From positions 62,001 to 126,000 of IMG/VR virus record IMGVR_UViG_3300020147_000065: a DNA stretch of 64,000 nucleotides; one strand, given 5' to 3'. Both the position numbers and the translations under genes were made by a program. Shown here piece after piece: positions 16,018-25,423 of the stretch. How positions within the stretch are numbered: the first letter of the stretch is position 1; every line of letters begins with the position of its first letter. The notes below the pieces were generated by a model, which searched no databases, was not told the origin of the DNA, and saw nothing but the letters and a program-made list of their open reading frames with translations.

Positions 16018-18300
16018 ATGTCATCTACAAGTATGAGTAACGGCGGCTCAGTGCCCCTTACTGCGGTTACGAAAAGAAACGGTGAGCTACAACAATTCGA
16101 TAGCTCCAAAATTACCAACAGTGTTTTAAAATGTTTTATGAGAGGTCTTGGGTATGCTTATGCTGATGCTAAGCCGATTGCCGAAGACATCACCCTGAGA
16201 GTGCAGAATCTCGTTTTTGCCAAGCAAGATGTTCCGTCTGTTGAAGATATTCAAGACATGGTTGAAAACCAACTCATGGCAGCAGGACACTTCGAAGCAG
16301 CAAGAGCCTATATTGTTTATCGTGAAGATCGCAACCGTAATCGTTTGCTTTCTCGTGTAAAGCCTGAAGAAGCTGAACAAATTCGCCGTAACTCGATGTA
16401 TTTCGAGCATCCAATTCAGCTTTTCCAGTTCATGTCCAAGTATGCCCGTTTTAATGAGGACAAAGGTCGCCGTGAAACCTGGGAGGAATGTGTAAGTAGA
16501 GTCATGACATTCTTCCAGGAACAAATGAAAGAAAACAAAGACCTTCTTTCTCCTCTGGAGTGGGATGATCTTGGGAAAGCTATCCTTAGTTTTCAGGCTT
16601 TTCCTGCCATGCGAGTCATGCAGATGGCCGGTCCAGCCCTTGAGCGTTGTCACGTTGGTGTTTACAACTGCTCATATCTTGCAGTAGACAATCTTAACGC
16701 TTTTTCTGAGGCTCTTTATATCCTCATGCAGGGTACTGGTGTTGGCTTCTCAGTAGAAACTGAGTATGTTGACAAGCTACCACGTATTCGTAAACAGCGA
16801 AAGAATCAGACACCAGAAGTATTCGTTATTCCTGACACAACAGAAGGTTGGTGTGACGCTCTTAAATTAGGTATCCAAACCTGGTTCAATGGATTCGATG
16901 TAAAGTTTGATTACAGTGCAATTCGCCCATCTGGTGCTCTTTTAAAAACAAAGGGTGGACAAGCTTCCGGCCCCGAACCACTCAAAGGTTTGTTAGAGTT
17001 TACACGAAATAAAATTCTCGGTCGTCAGGGTAAATGGTTGCGTCCAATCGAAGCACACGACATCATGTGCAAGTTGGCCGAAATTGTACAGGTTGGTGGA
17101 GTTCGTCGTAGCTCTTTAATTTCTCTTTCTGATCTTGAAGACGACGATCTACGCTTAGCCAAACATGGTCAGTTCTGGAATACACACAAAGAACGCATGA
17201 TGGCAAATAACTCGGCTGTGTATAACGAGAAGCCCACACAGATTGAGTTTATGCGTGAATGGCTTTCTTTAGTAGAGTCCGGTTCTGGCGAACGTGGTAT
17301 CTTTAACCGCGGCGGTGTGATGAACCAGATTCCCAAGCGTCGTAAGAAGGCTGACTTCGGTGTAAACCCATGTGGTGAAATTGTTCTTCGTAACAAGCAG
17401 TTCTGCAACCTTTCTATTGCAGTTGCTCGTGCGGGTGATACTAAAGAAACTCTTGAACACAAAGTACGAATTGCAGCAATCTTTGGTGTATTACAGTCTA
17501 CCTTAACCAACTTCCGATATATTTCAGAAGATTGGGCCAAAAATTGCGAAGAAGAGCGTTTACTCGGTGTTGACATTACCGGACAGGCTGACTGCCCATT
17601 ACTCCGTTATGGTGTAGAAGGTCGAGTAGAACTTCTTGAGCATTTGAAGAATGTTGCCGTTACCACAGCAAAAGAATTTGCCTTACGTTTCGGAATCAAT
17701 ATTCCAATGGCTGTAACCTGCGTGAAGCCATCAGGTAATAGCGCACAGTTCTTGAATTGCTCAAGCGGATTACATGATCGTTGGTCTGAATACTTTATTC
17801 GTCATGTTCGTATGAGCCGACATAACCCGTTAACCCAGCTTCTAATGGATGAAGGTGTTCCTTACCATCCTGAAACTGGTTACTCGTTAGAAAACACACC
17901 GCAGATTGTCTTTGCTTTCCCCGTGGCAAGCCCCGAAGGTGCAACTACACGAAAAAGTAAGACAGCAGTGCAACAGTTGGATAACTGGCGAGAATTGAAA
18001 GTTCATTATACTGAACATAACCCATCAGCTACAATCTACGTCAAGCAGGACGAGTGGCTCGATGTTGGTAAATGGGTGTGGGATAACTGGGAGATCGTTG
18101 GTGGACTTAGCTTCCTCCAGAGCGACGATCATGTTTATCCTCTGGCACCATATGTGGAAATTACCAAAGAGGAATATATTAAACTCTTCGAAGCTTTCCC
18201 GAACATAGACTATGGTAAAATCATGGCCTATGAGCAATACGACCAGACTGAACTTTCCGGGGATTTTGCATGTGTTTCGGGATCATGCGATTTACAGTAA
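16018..18300 (+). CDS. nrdJ: Class II (B12-dependent) ribonucleotide reductase with ATP cone
   Basis: VTKRNG ATP cone, YNCSY, NPCGEI, TCVKPSG, C-terminal CVSGSC. Confidence 0.95.
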   Translation: MSSTSMSNGGSVPLTAVTKRNGELQQFDSSKITNSVLKCFMRGLGYAYADAKPIAEDITLRVQNLVFAKQDVPSVEDIQDMVENQLMAAGHFEAARAYIVYREDRNRNRLLSRVKPEEAEQIRRNSMYFEHPIQLFQFMSKYARFNEDKGRRETWEECVSRVMTFFQEQMKENKDLLSPLEWDDLGKAILSFQAFPAMRVMQMAGPALERCHVGVYNCSYLAVDNLNAFSEALYILMQGTGVGFSVETEYVDKLPRIRKQRKNQTPEVFVIPDTTEGWCDALKLGIQTWFNGFDVKFDYSAIRPSGALLKTKGGQASGPEPLKGLLEFTRNKILGRQGKWLRPIEAHDIMCKLAEIVQVGGVRRSSLISLSDLEDDDLRLAKHGQFWNTHKERMMANNSAVYNEKPTQIEFMREWLSLVESGSGERGIFNRGGVMNQIPKRRKKADFGVNPCGEIVLRNKQFCNLSIAVARAGDTKETLEHKVRIAAIFGVLQSTLTNFRYISEDWAKNCEEERLLGVDITGQADCPLLRYGVEGRVELLEHLKNVAVTTAKEFALRFGINIPMAVTCVKPSGNSAQFLNCSSGLHDRWSEYFIRHVRMSRHNPLTQLLMDEGVPYHPETGYSLENTPQIVFAFPVASPEGATTRKSKTAVQQLDNWRELKVHYTEHNPSATIYVKQDEWLDVGKWVWDNWEIVGGLSFLQSDDHVYPLAPYVEITKEEYIKLFEAFPNIDYGKIMAYEQYDQTELSGDFACVSGSCDLQ

Positions 18301-18319
18301 ACGGGAACTTGGTTAATGG

Positions 18320-18357
18320 GAAAACCTCTGTTACTTGCGTAACAGAGGTTTTCTTTT
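18320..18357 (+). terminator. Intrinsic terminator abutting the HNH start codon
   Basis: 15-bp perfect stem GAAAACCTCTGTTAC-ttgc-GTAACAGAGGTTTTC plus TTTT. Confidence 0.85.
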
Positions 18358-18936
18358 ATGAATAAACGAATAGTGGATATGACAGGTAAGAAATATAATC
18401 GTCTTACTGCCATTGAGATAGACAAAGATAAAGGCAGTTCTCACGGCTTATGGTGGAAATTTCGCTGTGACTGTGGAAATGAAACAACCCTTCTTGGCTC
18501 TGATGTCAGAAGGAATGTGTATAAAAGTTGTGGATGTTACAATCGTGAACTAACTAAAGCACGTAACACCATTCTTTTTAAAGGTAAACCTAAATTATTA
18601 CACAGTCTGGCTGGAGTTCGTGCTGTAATGCGAGGTTATATACGCCATGCAAAAAGAAGAAATTTAATCTGGAATCTTTCCGAAGAAGATGCAATCGCTC
18701 TTTTCGAGAGCGATTGCTTTTATTGTGGTGTTAAACCTTCTAATAGCTGGAAAGGTCATCTTGTTGAACCTTTTGTTTATAATGGAATTGATCGAAAAGA
18801 TAATTCAAAAGGATATACATTAGAAAATGTTGTTCCTTGTTGTGATGTTTGCAATCATGCAAAAGCTAAGATGAACGATATAGAATTTCTTAGTTGGGCT
18901 GAAAGAATCCATGCTTTTCAGCAATCGAAAGGATGA
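18358..18936 (+). CDS. HNH-type (homing) endonuclease
   Basis: W.FRCDCG...SCGC N-terminal domain; CFYCG, IDRKDNSKGY..ENVVPCC..CN..K. Confidence 0.88.
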   Translation: MNKRIVDMTGKKYNRLTAIEIDKDKGSSHGLWWKFRCDCGNETTLLGSDVRRNVYKSCGCYNRELTKARNTILFKGKPKLLHSLAGVRAVMRGYIRHAKRRNLIWNLSEEDAIALFESDCFYCGVKPSNSWKGHLVEPFVYNGIDRKDNSKGYTLENVVPCCDVCNHAKAKMNDIEFLSWAERIHAFQQSKG

Positions 18937-20054
18937 TAATGTTTAACAGTTTTATAATGGGTGGATTTGAATGTTCATCACATATACAAGATGGTGTGAG
19001 ACTTGATTTAATTGAATCAACCGGCCACGGGAGATTTGTTCGTAAAGATTATCGCGCCCTACAAAAGATGGGTATTCATACCGTCCGTGAAGGATTGCGC
19101 TGGAATTTGATTGACTGGAAAGACGGTTACGATTTCCGAAGTGTTGGTCCTTTCATTCGTGCTGCAAACGAATATAATACACAAGTCATGTGGGACTTGT
19201 GTCATTACGGTTTCCCCGATGACGTTTGTGTAGAAGACGAAGATTTCACCAAACGATTTGTGTTGTACTCACGTTATGTGCTTGAGTATATCAGCAAATA
19301 TCTCGACGATAAAGAACTCCTGGTTTGCCCGTTCAACGAACCATCATTCCTTTCTAAAGCTATTGCAGATTTTGGTTATTTTAATTCGTCAGTATTAGCA
19401 GAAACAAAACACCATGAAGGATTAGAGGTCAAAAAGAAGCTTGTAAAAGCTATGATCGCGGTTATTAAAGATAGTCGTGATCGAGACATCAATGTGAAAT
19501 GGGTTCATGTTGACCCTCTTATCCACATTGCATACAATCAATCCGACGAAAAAGTTTCAGTGTTAGATATGCGCGAATGGCAGTATCAGTCACTTGATAT
19601 GATGCTCGGTCGTATCTTTCCTGAACTTGGTGGTGATGAGTCGCTCATTGATATAATCGGTGTCAATCATTATCCTTATTCGACCTGGATGCATGGTGGT
19701 TCTACTTTGGATATGAACCATCCTTACCGCCACTCGTTATCTAAATTACTCGATTCTTTTGCCCTAAGATACCCCGGTAAGCCGTTATTTATTAGTGAGA
19801 CGGGTATGGAGGGCGAAGGAAGAGAAGAATGGTTTAATTACGTACTCGAAGAGTGTGACAAGAGCAAAGCTGATATAAGAGGTGTCTGCCTTTATCCTGT
19901 CACAGATTACCCAGGTTGGGGAGATAATCGTCATTGCCCCTGTGGTTTGCTCGGTTATCCTACACCCCGTGGTAGGAGAGACATACACGAACCTCTTAGA
20001 AAATGTATTTTAGCTTATAATAGAAAGCTAAAAAGGAGAAGGAACAATACTTAG
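18933..20054 (+). CDS. Glycoside hydrolase, GH1-like (clan GH-A)
   Basis: GGFECS, NEP (acid/base), ISETG (nucleophile). Confidence 0.82.
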   Translation: MIMFNSFIMGGFECSSHIQDGVRLDLIESTGHGRFVRKDYRALQKMGIHTVREGLRWNLIDWKDGYDFRSVGPFIRAANEYNTQVMWDLCHYGFPDDVCVEDEDFTKRFVLYSRYVLEYISKYLDDKELLVCPFNEPSFLSKAIADFGYFNSSVLAETKHHEGLEVKKKLVKAMIAVIKDSRDRDINVKWVHVDPLIHIAYNQSDEKVSVLDMREWQYQSLDMMLGRIFPELGGDESLIDIIGVNHYPYSTWMHGGSTLDMNHPYRHSLSKLLDSFALRYPGKPLFISETGMEGEGREEWFNYVLEECDKSKADIRGVCLYPVTDYPGWGDNRHCPCGLLGYPTPRGRRDIHEPLRKCILAYNRKLKRRRNNT

Positions 20055-20064
20055 GCCACTTCAC

Positions 20065-20667
20065 ATGCATCCTCGATGCTTTCCCGCTTACACTCTTGCG
20101 TGTTTTAAAGCTGGAATCAACCCTGAAAAAGGCACCCGACCCAACGGAAAACCAGGCTCTCGTATCATGCAGATTCTCGGTGATGCCGAAGCATCTGCTG
20201 GAACACACGCCTCTGACGGTACTTACAGAAATAGTAAGGGACAAGAAATTCAATACTGTGCTGCTATTGATGTACGCAGCACCGACTTGAGTATTCCTGA
20301 GTGTGACCGATTACAACTTGCTTTCATTGAGTGTGGTTTCGCTGCCTATCGTCGTTACTATGGTAAATTCGCTAATAACCAACACTTCCATATCATCTAT
20401 CAAGATGTACCAATGAAGCGTTCTTTACGTAATCAGAGCCATAGTTTCTACAGGCGTCGTAATGGTCTGGTTGGTGATGCACCAGAACCATTCTTACAGA
20501 AGCTTCCTGATTCTGCTTTCAATCGTTGCAGAACTTACTTCCTGAACAACAATCCGGCTGTCGGACTTGGACAGTGGGAAATTGAGGAGCCAGAAGAAGG
20601 CGATTTGATTTGCTGCGCTCACTTTGATCCTGATACAGAGGGTGTGGAATTTACCGAAGAGGATTGA
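20065..20667 (+). CDS. M15-like Zn peptidase (endolysin-like)
   Basis: ASAGTH, AAIDV, GFAAYRR, HFH. Confidence 0.6.
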   Translation: MHPRCFPAYTLACFKAGINPEKGTRPNGKPGSRIMQILGDAEASAGTHASDGTYRNSKGQEIQYCAAIDVRSTDLSIPECDRLQLAFIECGFAAYRRYYGKFANNQHFHIIYQDVPMKRSLRNQSHSFYRRRNGLVGDAPEPFLQKLPDSAFNRCRTYFLNNNPAVGLGQWEIEEPEEGDLICCAHFDPDTEGVEFTEED

Positions 20668-20692
20668 CAAACCCCGGGGAATTTCGTATACT
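20664..20692 (+). promoter_or_regulatory. Sigma70-type promoter
   Basis: TTGACA-17 nt-TATACT. Confidence 0.8.
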
Positions 20693-20723
20693 CTTTAGTA
20701 GACTTAACTGAAAGGTGATTTTT

Positions 20724-21128
20724 ATGACTGAACAACTGAATTTAAGGGACACAGCATCCTTGCTTACAGCAATTTCAAACAGAGACATAGAACGTTTAAC
20801 TACCGAAAAAGACATAGAAGAGATTCATAGAGTTTTGGAAACTCAGAATGAACTTATCGTCGAAAATTTGGAGAAAAACGGAGTCTCTGTAGAAAAGAAA
20901 GAAACTACATCTCACAGAAACGAAATTGCTCTTGGTACCGGTTTCCTAAATATGTCTATTGAAAAAGCTAAACTTCTTCTAAGGTGTTCTTTAATTCAAG
21001 ACATTAAAATGATTAAGGAAGCTGTAAAGGGTAATGATAAAATTGTTCTCGATCCCCGTGGCTTGTTTATTGATTACGGTAAAGATGGGGACTGCAAGTT
21101 AACCCGTTATTATCACGTAGATAACTAA
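20724..21128 (+). CDS. Hypothetical protein
   Basis: AAGGTGAT SD before ATG 20724. Confidence 0.65.
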   Translation: MTEQLNLRDTASLLTAISNRDIERLTTEKDIEEIHRVLETQNELIVENLEKNGVSVEKKETTSHRNEIALGTGFLNMSIEKAKLLLRCSLIQDIKMIKEAVKGNDKIVLDPRGLFIDYGKDGDCKLTRYYHVDN

Positions 21129-21129
21129 T

Positions 21130-21897
21130 ATGTTCGTTCCAGTTTACGAATTGCATGGTGAAAGAATTGTATTCCTTGACTCTGCAATCATAGCCGAAAC
21201 CCACGGACAAGCTAATACACAAGCATTGCTCGAAGCCATTATGCGAAGCCACACCGGTGCCGTATATAAAGGTGAGATAGTGAATGCAGATGTAACAGAA
21301 GTTTACCCCGTCAGGCACAACATGCCTGACGGGACTTTTGTAGATATAGGCTTGATTGGTGGGCCAATATTTGATAAAATAAAACGAGGTGAGTCACCAG
21401 ACAGTTTACTTGTGGTTGACCCATCCGTTTTGGAAGGTAGTATCTCCTATTTTATGGAGACAAAAAAGGTGATTCATCCCGTGTCAGAACAATTTGATTC
21501 CAACCTGACAGTTGGTACAGGTATTACTAAAGCTACACACGAGCCAATTGTTACAATTACAATTGATGGAGTTACTTATTCCTTTCCACCTCCGGTGGCG
21601 CGTGTAATTGCTAATGAATTAATTCATTGCGCTGAGGGAGCAGAACAAGACTCTTTCTTCTTTGCCGCTTTGGGTAATCTTAGTGATGAAGAAAAAGAAC
21701 TTATTATTTCGAGGCGTCAGGCTGCCAGAGAAGTTTACATGGCAAATTTATGGGGTGAAGATGCTGGGGAAACGACAACCGATCAAGAGCAATCCGAAGC
21801 CCTTGAAGAAGACGACGCAATTGAAGACAACGTCGCAGTTGACGAGCAAACGATTGCCGCTGAGCCAACTAATCACACCGATCAAGAAAGTCAGTGA
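21130..21897 (+). CDS. Hypothetical protein with acidic tail
   Basis: 255 aa ORF in the operon. Confidence 0.7.
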   Translation: MFVPVYELHGERIVFLDSAIIAETHGQANTQALLEAIMRSHTGAVYKGEIVNADVTEVYPVRHNMPDGTFVDIGLIGGPIFDKIKRGESPDSLLVVDPSVLEGSISYFMETKKVIHPVSEQFDSNLTVGTGITKATHEPIVTITIDGVTYSFPPPVARVIANELIHCAEGAEQDSFFFAALGNLSDEEKELIISRRQAAREVYMANLWGEDAGETTTDQEQSEALEEDDAIEDNVAVDEQTIAAEPTNHTDQESQ

Positions 21898-22132
21898 TGA
21901 ACAACTTAGAAGGCATGAAGAATACATGGAGAAAGCTGTAGAGTTCGTCTCGCAGCATCCAACCTGTGCTGTTTGTAAATGTAACCCTACACAACACATT
22001 CATCACATGGCGGGTAAGATTGGTAAAAACCTTTTTCTGCATTGGTTGCCTGTGTGCTTCATATGCCATGCCTGGATTCATGGTAATGTAAAAGAGGCTA
22101 CGGAAAAAGGTTATCTTATTGTGGGAGATTAA
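21761..22132 (+). CDS. HNH-like Zn-binding protein with basic N-terminus
   Basis: CAVC...HIHH...VCFICHAWIH; GGGGTGA SD before ATG 21761. Confidence 0.7.
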   Translation: MLGKRQPIKSNPKPLKKTTQLKTTSQLTSKRLPLSQLITPIKKVSDEQLRRHEEYMEKAVEFVSQHPTCAVCKCNPTQHIHHMAGKIGKNLFLHWLPVCFICHAWIHGNVKEATEKGYLIVGD

Positions 22133-22660
22133 ATGCAGATCGCTGTTCATTCGAAGCAACGAGGCGGTAAGGATACCGTCTCTGGTATTATTACAGAACT
22201 TTGCCCGTGGTTTGAAAGAGATGCCCTGGCTGATCCGATGAAGGAAGCATATAGTCGAATTACTGGCTGGCCACGGGAGTTTCTCGAACATCAAAAGAAC
22301 ACTGTTCCAGAGATTCGTAAACAAATTATCTTCTTGGGACAGGCACGAAAGAGCCTGGTTCGAGACACATACTGGGTTGATAAAGTAGCTGAGAAGGATA
22401 ACATAGTTATTCCTGACCTTCGCTTTAAAATTGAAGTAGACGGACTAAGGAATAGTCCGCATAAATGCGTACTTATACACATCGAAAGACCAAGACACCT
22501 GAGAGCATTGGGTGGCACACTCTCCAATGAAGATCATGCATCTGAAACTGACTTGGATGACTTCGAGGATTGGGATTATATGATAGACAACAGTGGTAGT
22601 AAATCGCAACTACGAGAAAAAGTAGTTGCTATACTCAAAGAACTTGAATTGATTAAATAG
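22133..22660 (+). CDS. Deoxynucleoside monophosphate kinase-like P-loop kinase
   Basis: SKQRGGKDT, ALADPMK, IPDLRF..E, HASETDLD. Confidence 0.85.
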   Translation: MQIAVHSKQRGGKDTVSGIITELCPWFERDALADPMKEAYSRITGWPREFLEHQKNTVPEIRKQIIFLGQARKSLVRDTYWVDKVAEKDNIVIPDLRFKIEVDGLRNSPHKCVLIHIERPRHLRALGGTLSNEDHASETDLDDFEDWDYMIDNSGSKSQLREKVVAILKELELIK

Positions 22661-22696
22661 CGGGGAGGCTTCGTGCCTCCCCTGCGGGAGGACACC

Positions 22697-22885
22697 ATGA
22701 AGCCAGAAAGCGTTATTTCTTTGGCCCTGCAACTTCGCATGGCTCGCAAGGACTTGAATATCATCATCAAGGCAATCAATGAGATGCCTAATTCAGCAGA
22801 CAAGATTGCTCTGGTAAGGAAGATTGAAGATGGCCGCAAGAAAGCAAACATCGAGTACAAGAAGCAAGGCGAAGCCGACACCTAA
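22697..22885 (+). CDS. Small hypothetical protein
   Basis: GGGAGG SD before ATG. Confidence 0.6.
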   Translation: MKPESVISLALQLRMARKDLNIIIKAINEMPNSADKIALVRKIEDGRKKANIEYKKQGEADT

Positions 22886-23435
22886 AGATGTTGTGAAGAA
22901 GGCTGTTGGTGCGTCTAAAGAACACGGCTGGGGTGCCATCAAAAGTACTGATGACCTGGGTAATTATTTCGACTCTGAGTTAGAACGCGGAGTTTTTTAT
23001 GAGTTCTTAGGGTATCAAGAGCGAGGTCTTTTAAAAGACCTCGCTCGTCCTAAGAAATTCTATTTCGAGAAACCATGTGAGCATTGTGGTGGATTGAAAC
23101 TGGCTCGTAGCTGGTACACACCCGACCTTGGATTTGATTGTCTCCAAACCTTCACCGTGGATAGCTTAACCGGCCCAATTACATTTGAGGCCGGTCGCCA
23201 TTATATCTGTGACGTTAAATCTCCCAAGACATATAATGATGCTTCATGGAGAATGAAGAAAAAACTTATGTTCACCTTCCACGGTATCAATGTTGTGGAA
23301 ATAAGAAGGCGTCACGTTAAACCTAAACTGACACCTGAACAGAAGGCGGCGAAAAAAATAATCGCCGCTGCCACAAGGCAGACGGCGACTCGTCCTACTT
23401 CGAAACCGAAGAGAAGGCGATCTTCAAAGCGGTAG
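22824..23435 (+). CDS. PD-(D/E)XK endonuclease (DUF1064-like)
   Basis: FDSELE, YTPD, DVKS, KKKLM...GINVVEI. Confidence 0.7.
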   Translation: MKMAARKQTSSTRSKAKPTPKDVVKKAVGASKEHGWGAIKSTDDLGNYFDSELERGVFYEFLGYQERGLLKDLARPKKFYFEKPCEHCGGLKLARSWYTPDLGFDCLQTFTVDSLTGPITFEAGRHYICDVKSPKTYNDASWRMKKKLMFTFHGINVVEIRRRHVKPKLTPEQKAAKKIIAAATRQTATRPTSKPKRRRSSKR

Positions 23436-23721
23436 CTTCTCGATCTTCCTGGGTCATACGCGGATGCGTGTGGCCCAGTTGTGTTAGTTTCTGGTTGTAC
23501 TGCTTCCATTTATCCAGAAGAGGTTTATCAACGTAACCATAGAGATCATCTTTTAATTGATCTTCCATTGCACTGTTTACAAAACCAATCTTGTGGAGCC
23601 ATGCAACAAGAGCTTCATCACTTTTAACTGATTCGGATACTTCTTTACGCTTGGCTTCAAGTACATCTTTGGAATCAGTTAGTCTTACGCGCTGAATGGG
23701 CGCTACAATATTAGGTGCCAT
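23395..23721 (-). CDS. Hypothetical protein (probably leaderless)
   Basis: Own consensus promoter ends 7 nt before the ATG. Confidence 0.7.
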   Translation of the reverse strand: MAPNIVAPIQRVRLTDSKDVLEAKRKEVSESVKSDEALVAWLHKIGFVNSAMEDQLKDDLYGYVDKPLLDKWKQYNQKLTQLGHTHPRMTQEDREATALKIAFSSVSK

Positions 23722-23728
23722 GTAATGA

Positions 23729-23757
23729 ATTATACTGTAAATTCATTCTCTTGTCAA
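23729..23757 (-). promoter_or_regulatory. Sigma70-type promoter
   Basis: TTGACA-17 nt-TATAAT on the minus strand; AATGAATT/AATTCATT inverted repeat overlaps the -10. Confidence 0.85.
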
Positions 23758-24228
23758 GGATGAATAATAATTTCTTCTGACTTTGCTGAAAAACTTTTTA
23801 ATCACTTTCAATTTATTCACAGCATTTGGAATCTGCACCAATACAGGATCGAACTCTCCAAAATTAATGTATCTTTGTACCGCGAAAATCAACTCTTCTT
23901 CCGCCCAATCAGAATCATAATGACTCTTTGATGCAACAGCCTCAAGTGTAGGCGATGAATATTGACCACAAAACTTGGCCACAACCATGTGGAGAAATTC
24001 GTGTTCAAAGGACATATAGGCTACTTCATTTCCATAACCGAGCGATTGAGCAAAAGAAATTTCTCGTTCATCATCTGGATGAGCAAGAGCAGGAATGGTA
24101 TTACGTGAAGGAAGGTTAATGTGTGTAAAAAAGTAATTGGGGTTTGTATGAACTGTATAAGTTCTTAGCTCCCAGGTTAAAGTTCCATCAGGACTCGTTT
24201 TCATATAATCCTCCATAAATTCTTTCAA
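23743..24228 (-). CDS. HExxH-containing hypothetical protein
   Basis: EHEFLH...EE; start may be 24204. Confidence 0.6.
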   Translation of the reverse strand: MKEFMEDYMKTSPDGTLTWELRTYTVHTNPNYFFTHINLPSRNTIPALAHPDDEREISFAQSLGYGNEVAYMSFEHEFLHMVVAKFCGQYSSPTLEAVASKSHYDSDWAEEELIFAVQRYINFGEFDPVLVQIPNAVNKLKVIKKFFSKVRRNYYSSLTRE

Positions 24229-24598
24229 TCATTGTGCGTGATGCTCGACCTCGAAGATCACTTAAAGCTTTATCAATCTTACTTTGGCGATCCACGGTGG
24301 AAGGCAGTGCGCGAAGCCTATCTTCGATTTCTTGTGATGTAGCTTTCTCAGGAACATATCCTTTCAAAAACCAACATTGATACTGAAGTTCTTTTTTAAT
24401 TACTTCGTTCGTTTCAGATAAGATTTGGTCTTCCAGTGATTTAATTACATTACATACAGCATCTCTAACAACTTCCCGGTCGTCAGGCAACTCACTTATC
24501 TGTGTAATACCCAACACGGAGAAAACTCTTTCAATAGCTTCCCTTTTTGAAGTATTCTGATTCTGTTGATAATCTTCTTTTATGAACGTGAGTATCAT
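24188..24598 (-). CDS. GatB/YqeY-like protein
   Basis: L.GYVPEKATSQEI...LRGRA pattern; GGAGA SD. Confidence 0.55.
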   Translation of the reverse strand: MILTFIKEDYQQNQNTSKREAIERVFSVLGITQISELPDDREVVRDAVCNVIKSLEDQILSETNEVIKKELQYQCWFLKGYVPEKATSQEIEDRLRALPSTVDRQSKIDKALSDLRGRASRTMIERIYGGLYENES

Positions 24599-24785
24599 CT
24601 TTTTTCTCCAGTCTCGCGTAACGATTGTATTTCTTGTCGCCACCTTCCTCACAAAATTCACAGCTTTGGTCGGGTGTAACCCTATGTTCTGATACAGTAA
24701 ACGAACGACCCTGCGTGGTCAAAGTCCTCATACAGGTGCCACACAGGGTCATTAGTCTACCTTCTTCATTCCGGTAGATATTCAT
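24531..24785 (-). CDS. Small Zn-binding hypothetical protein
   Basis: CGTC...CEFC. Confidence 0.55.
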   Translation of the reverse strand: MNIYRNEEGRLMTLCGTCMRTLTTQGRSFTVSEHRVTPDQSCEFCEEGGDKKYNRYARLEKKDDTHVHKRRLSTESEYFKKGSY

Positions 24786-24848
24786 AAATAAATTGACGAT
24801 ACATCAATCTACTGGTTACTATCTTTTCCAGTTTGTACAACCGCGACA

Positions 24849-25016
24849 TCATGAGAATAAAATCCCTTTTCTGATGGAAAATTTTTCCTTCGCGTATTTG
24901 ATACCAAAACCATATGCTTCTTCTTCACTTATGGCATAACATAACCCGATACCAAATTGAATAGAAGTATTGGAATTTCTTGCAACATATGCCACAGCGT
25001 ATTCTTTCTTCTCCAT
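24849..25016 (-). CDS. Small hypothetical protein (55 aa, possibly frameshifted)
   Basis: TAATG coupling to upstream gene; MEKKEYAVAYVARN...; not in the ORF track. Confidence 0.5.
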   Translation of the reverse strand: MEKKEYAVAYVARNSNTSIQFGIGLCYAISEEEAYGFGIKYAKEKFSIRKGILFS

Positions 25017-25423
25017 TAGACAAGAGTCTCCTCTTCTTCATCATCCTTGTCAACGAATGCTCCGAAACCGTCGGGATCACCACGAAAACCGATAGCTTTA
25101 GTCATTCTCTCTTGTTTTTGTAAATCAAGAGTTTGTGCAATTCGTCGCATTCTCTCCATTTCTTGTTCCACCGTGGTTATCTCCATTGCATTCATTAAAC
25201 CCTGCATCCAACCTAACCACCTATGTAACTTATGTTCAGGCCACTGATGGGCGTTGCCGGCAACCTGGCCGGCAACCCATTTAATATATTCTTTACTCTT
25301 GATATTAGCTTTATCGGAGCTTGGTTCTATATCAGGTAATTCTCTTATGATTTCTTTTGCTGCGATAAAAGCAATACGACGAGGAATAGATGCATTCGGC
25401 ATCACTTCAAAAAGGTTTGTCAT
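25016..25423 (-). CDS. Phage hypothetical protein
   Basis: KLHRWLGWMQG motif; GAGG SD. Confidence 0.65.
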   Translation of the reverse strand: MTNLFEVMPNASIPRRIAFIAAKEIIRELPDIEPSSDKANIKSKEYIKWVAGQVAGNAHQWPEHKLHRWLGWMQGLMNAMEITTVEQEMERMRRIAQTLDLQKQERMTKAIGFRGDPDGFGAFVDKDDEEEETLV

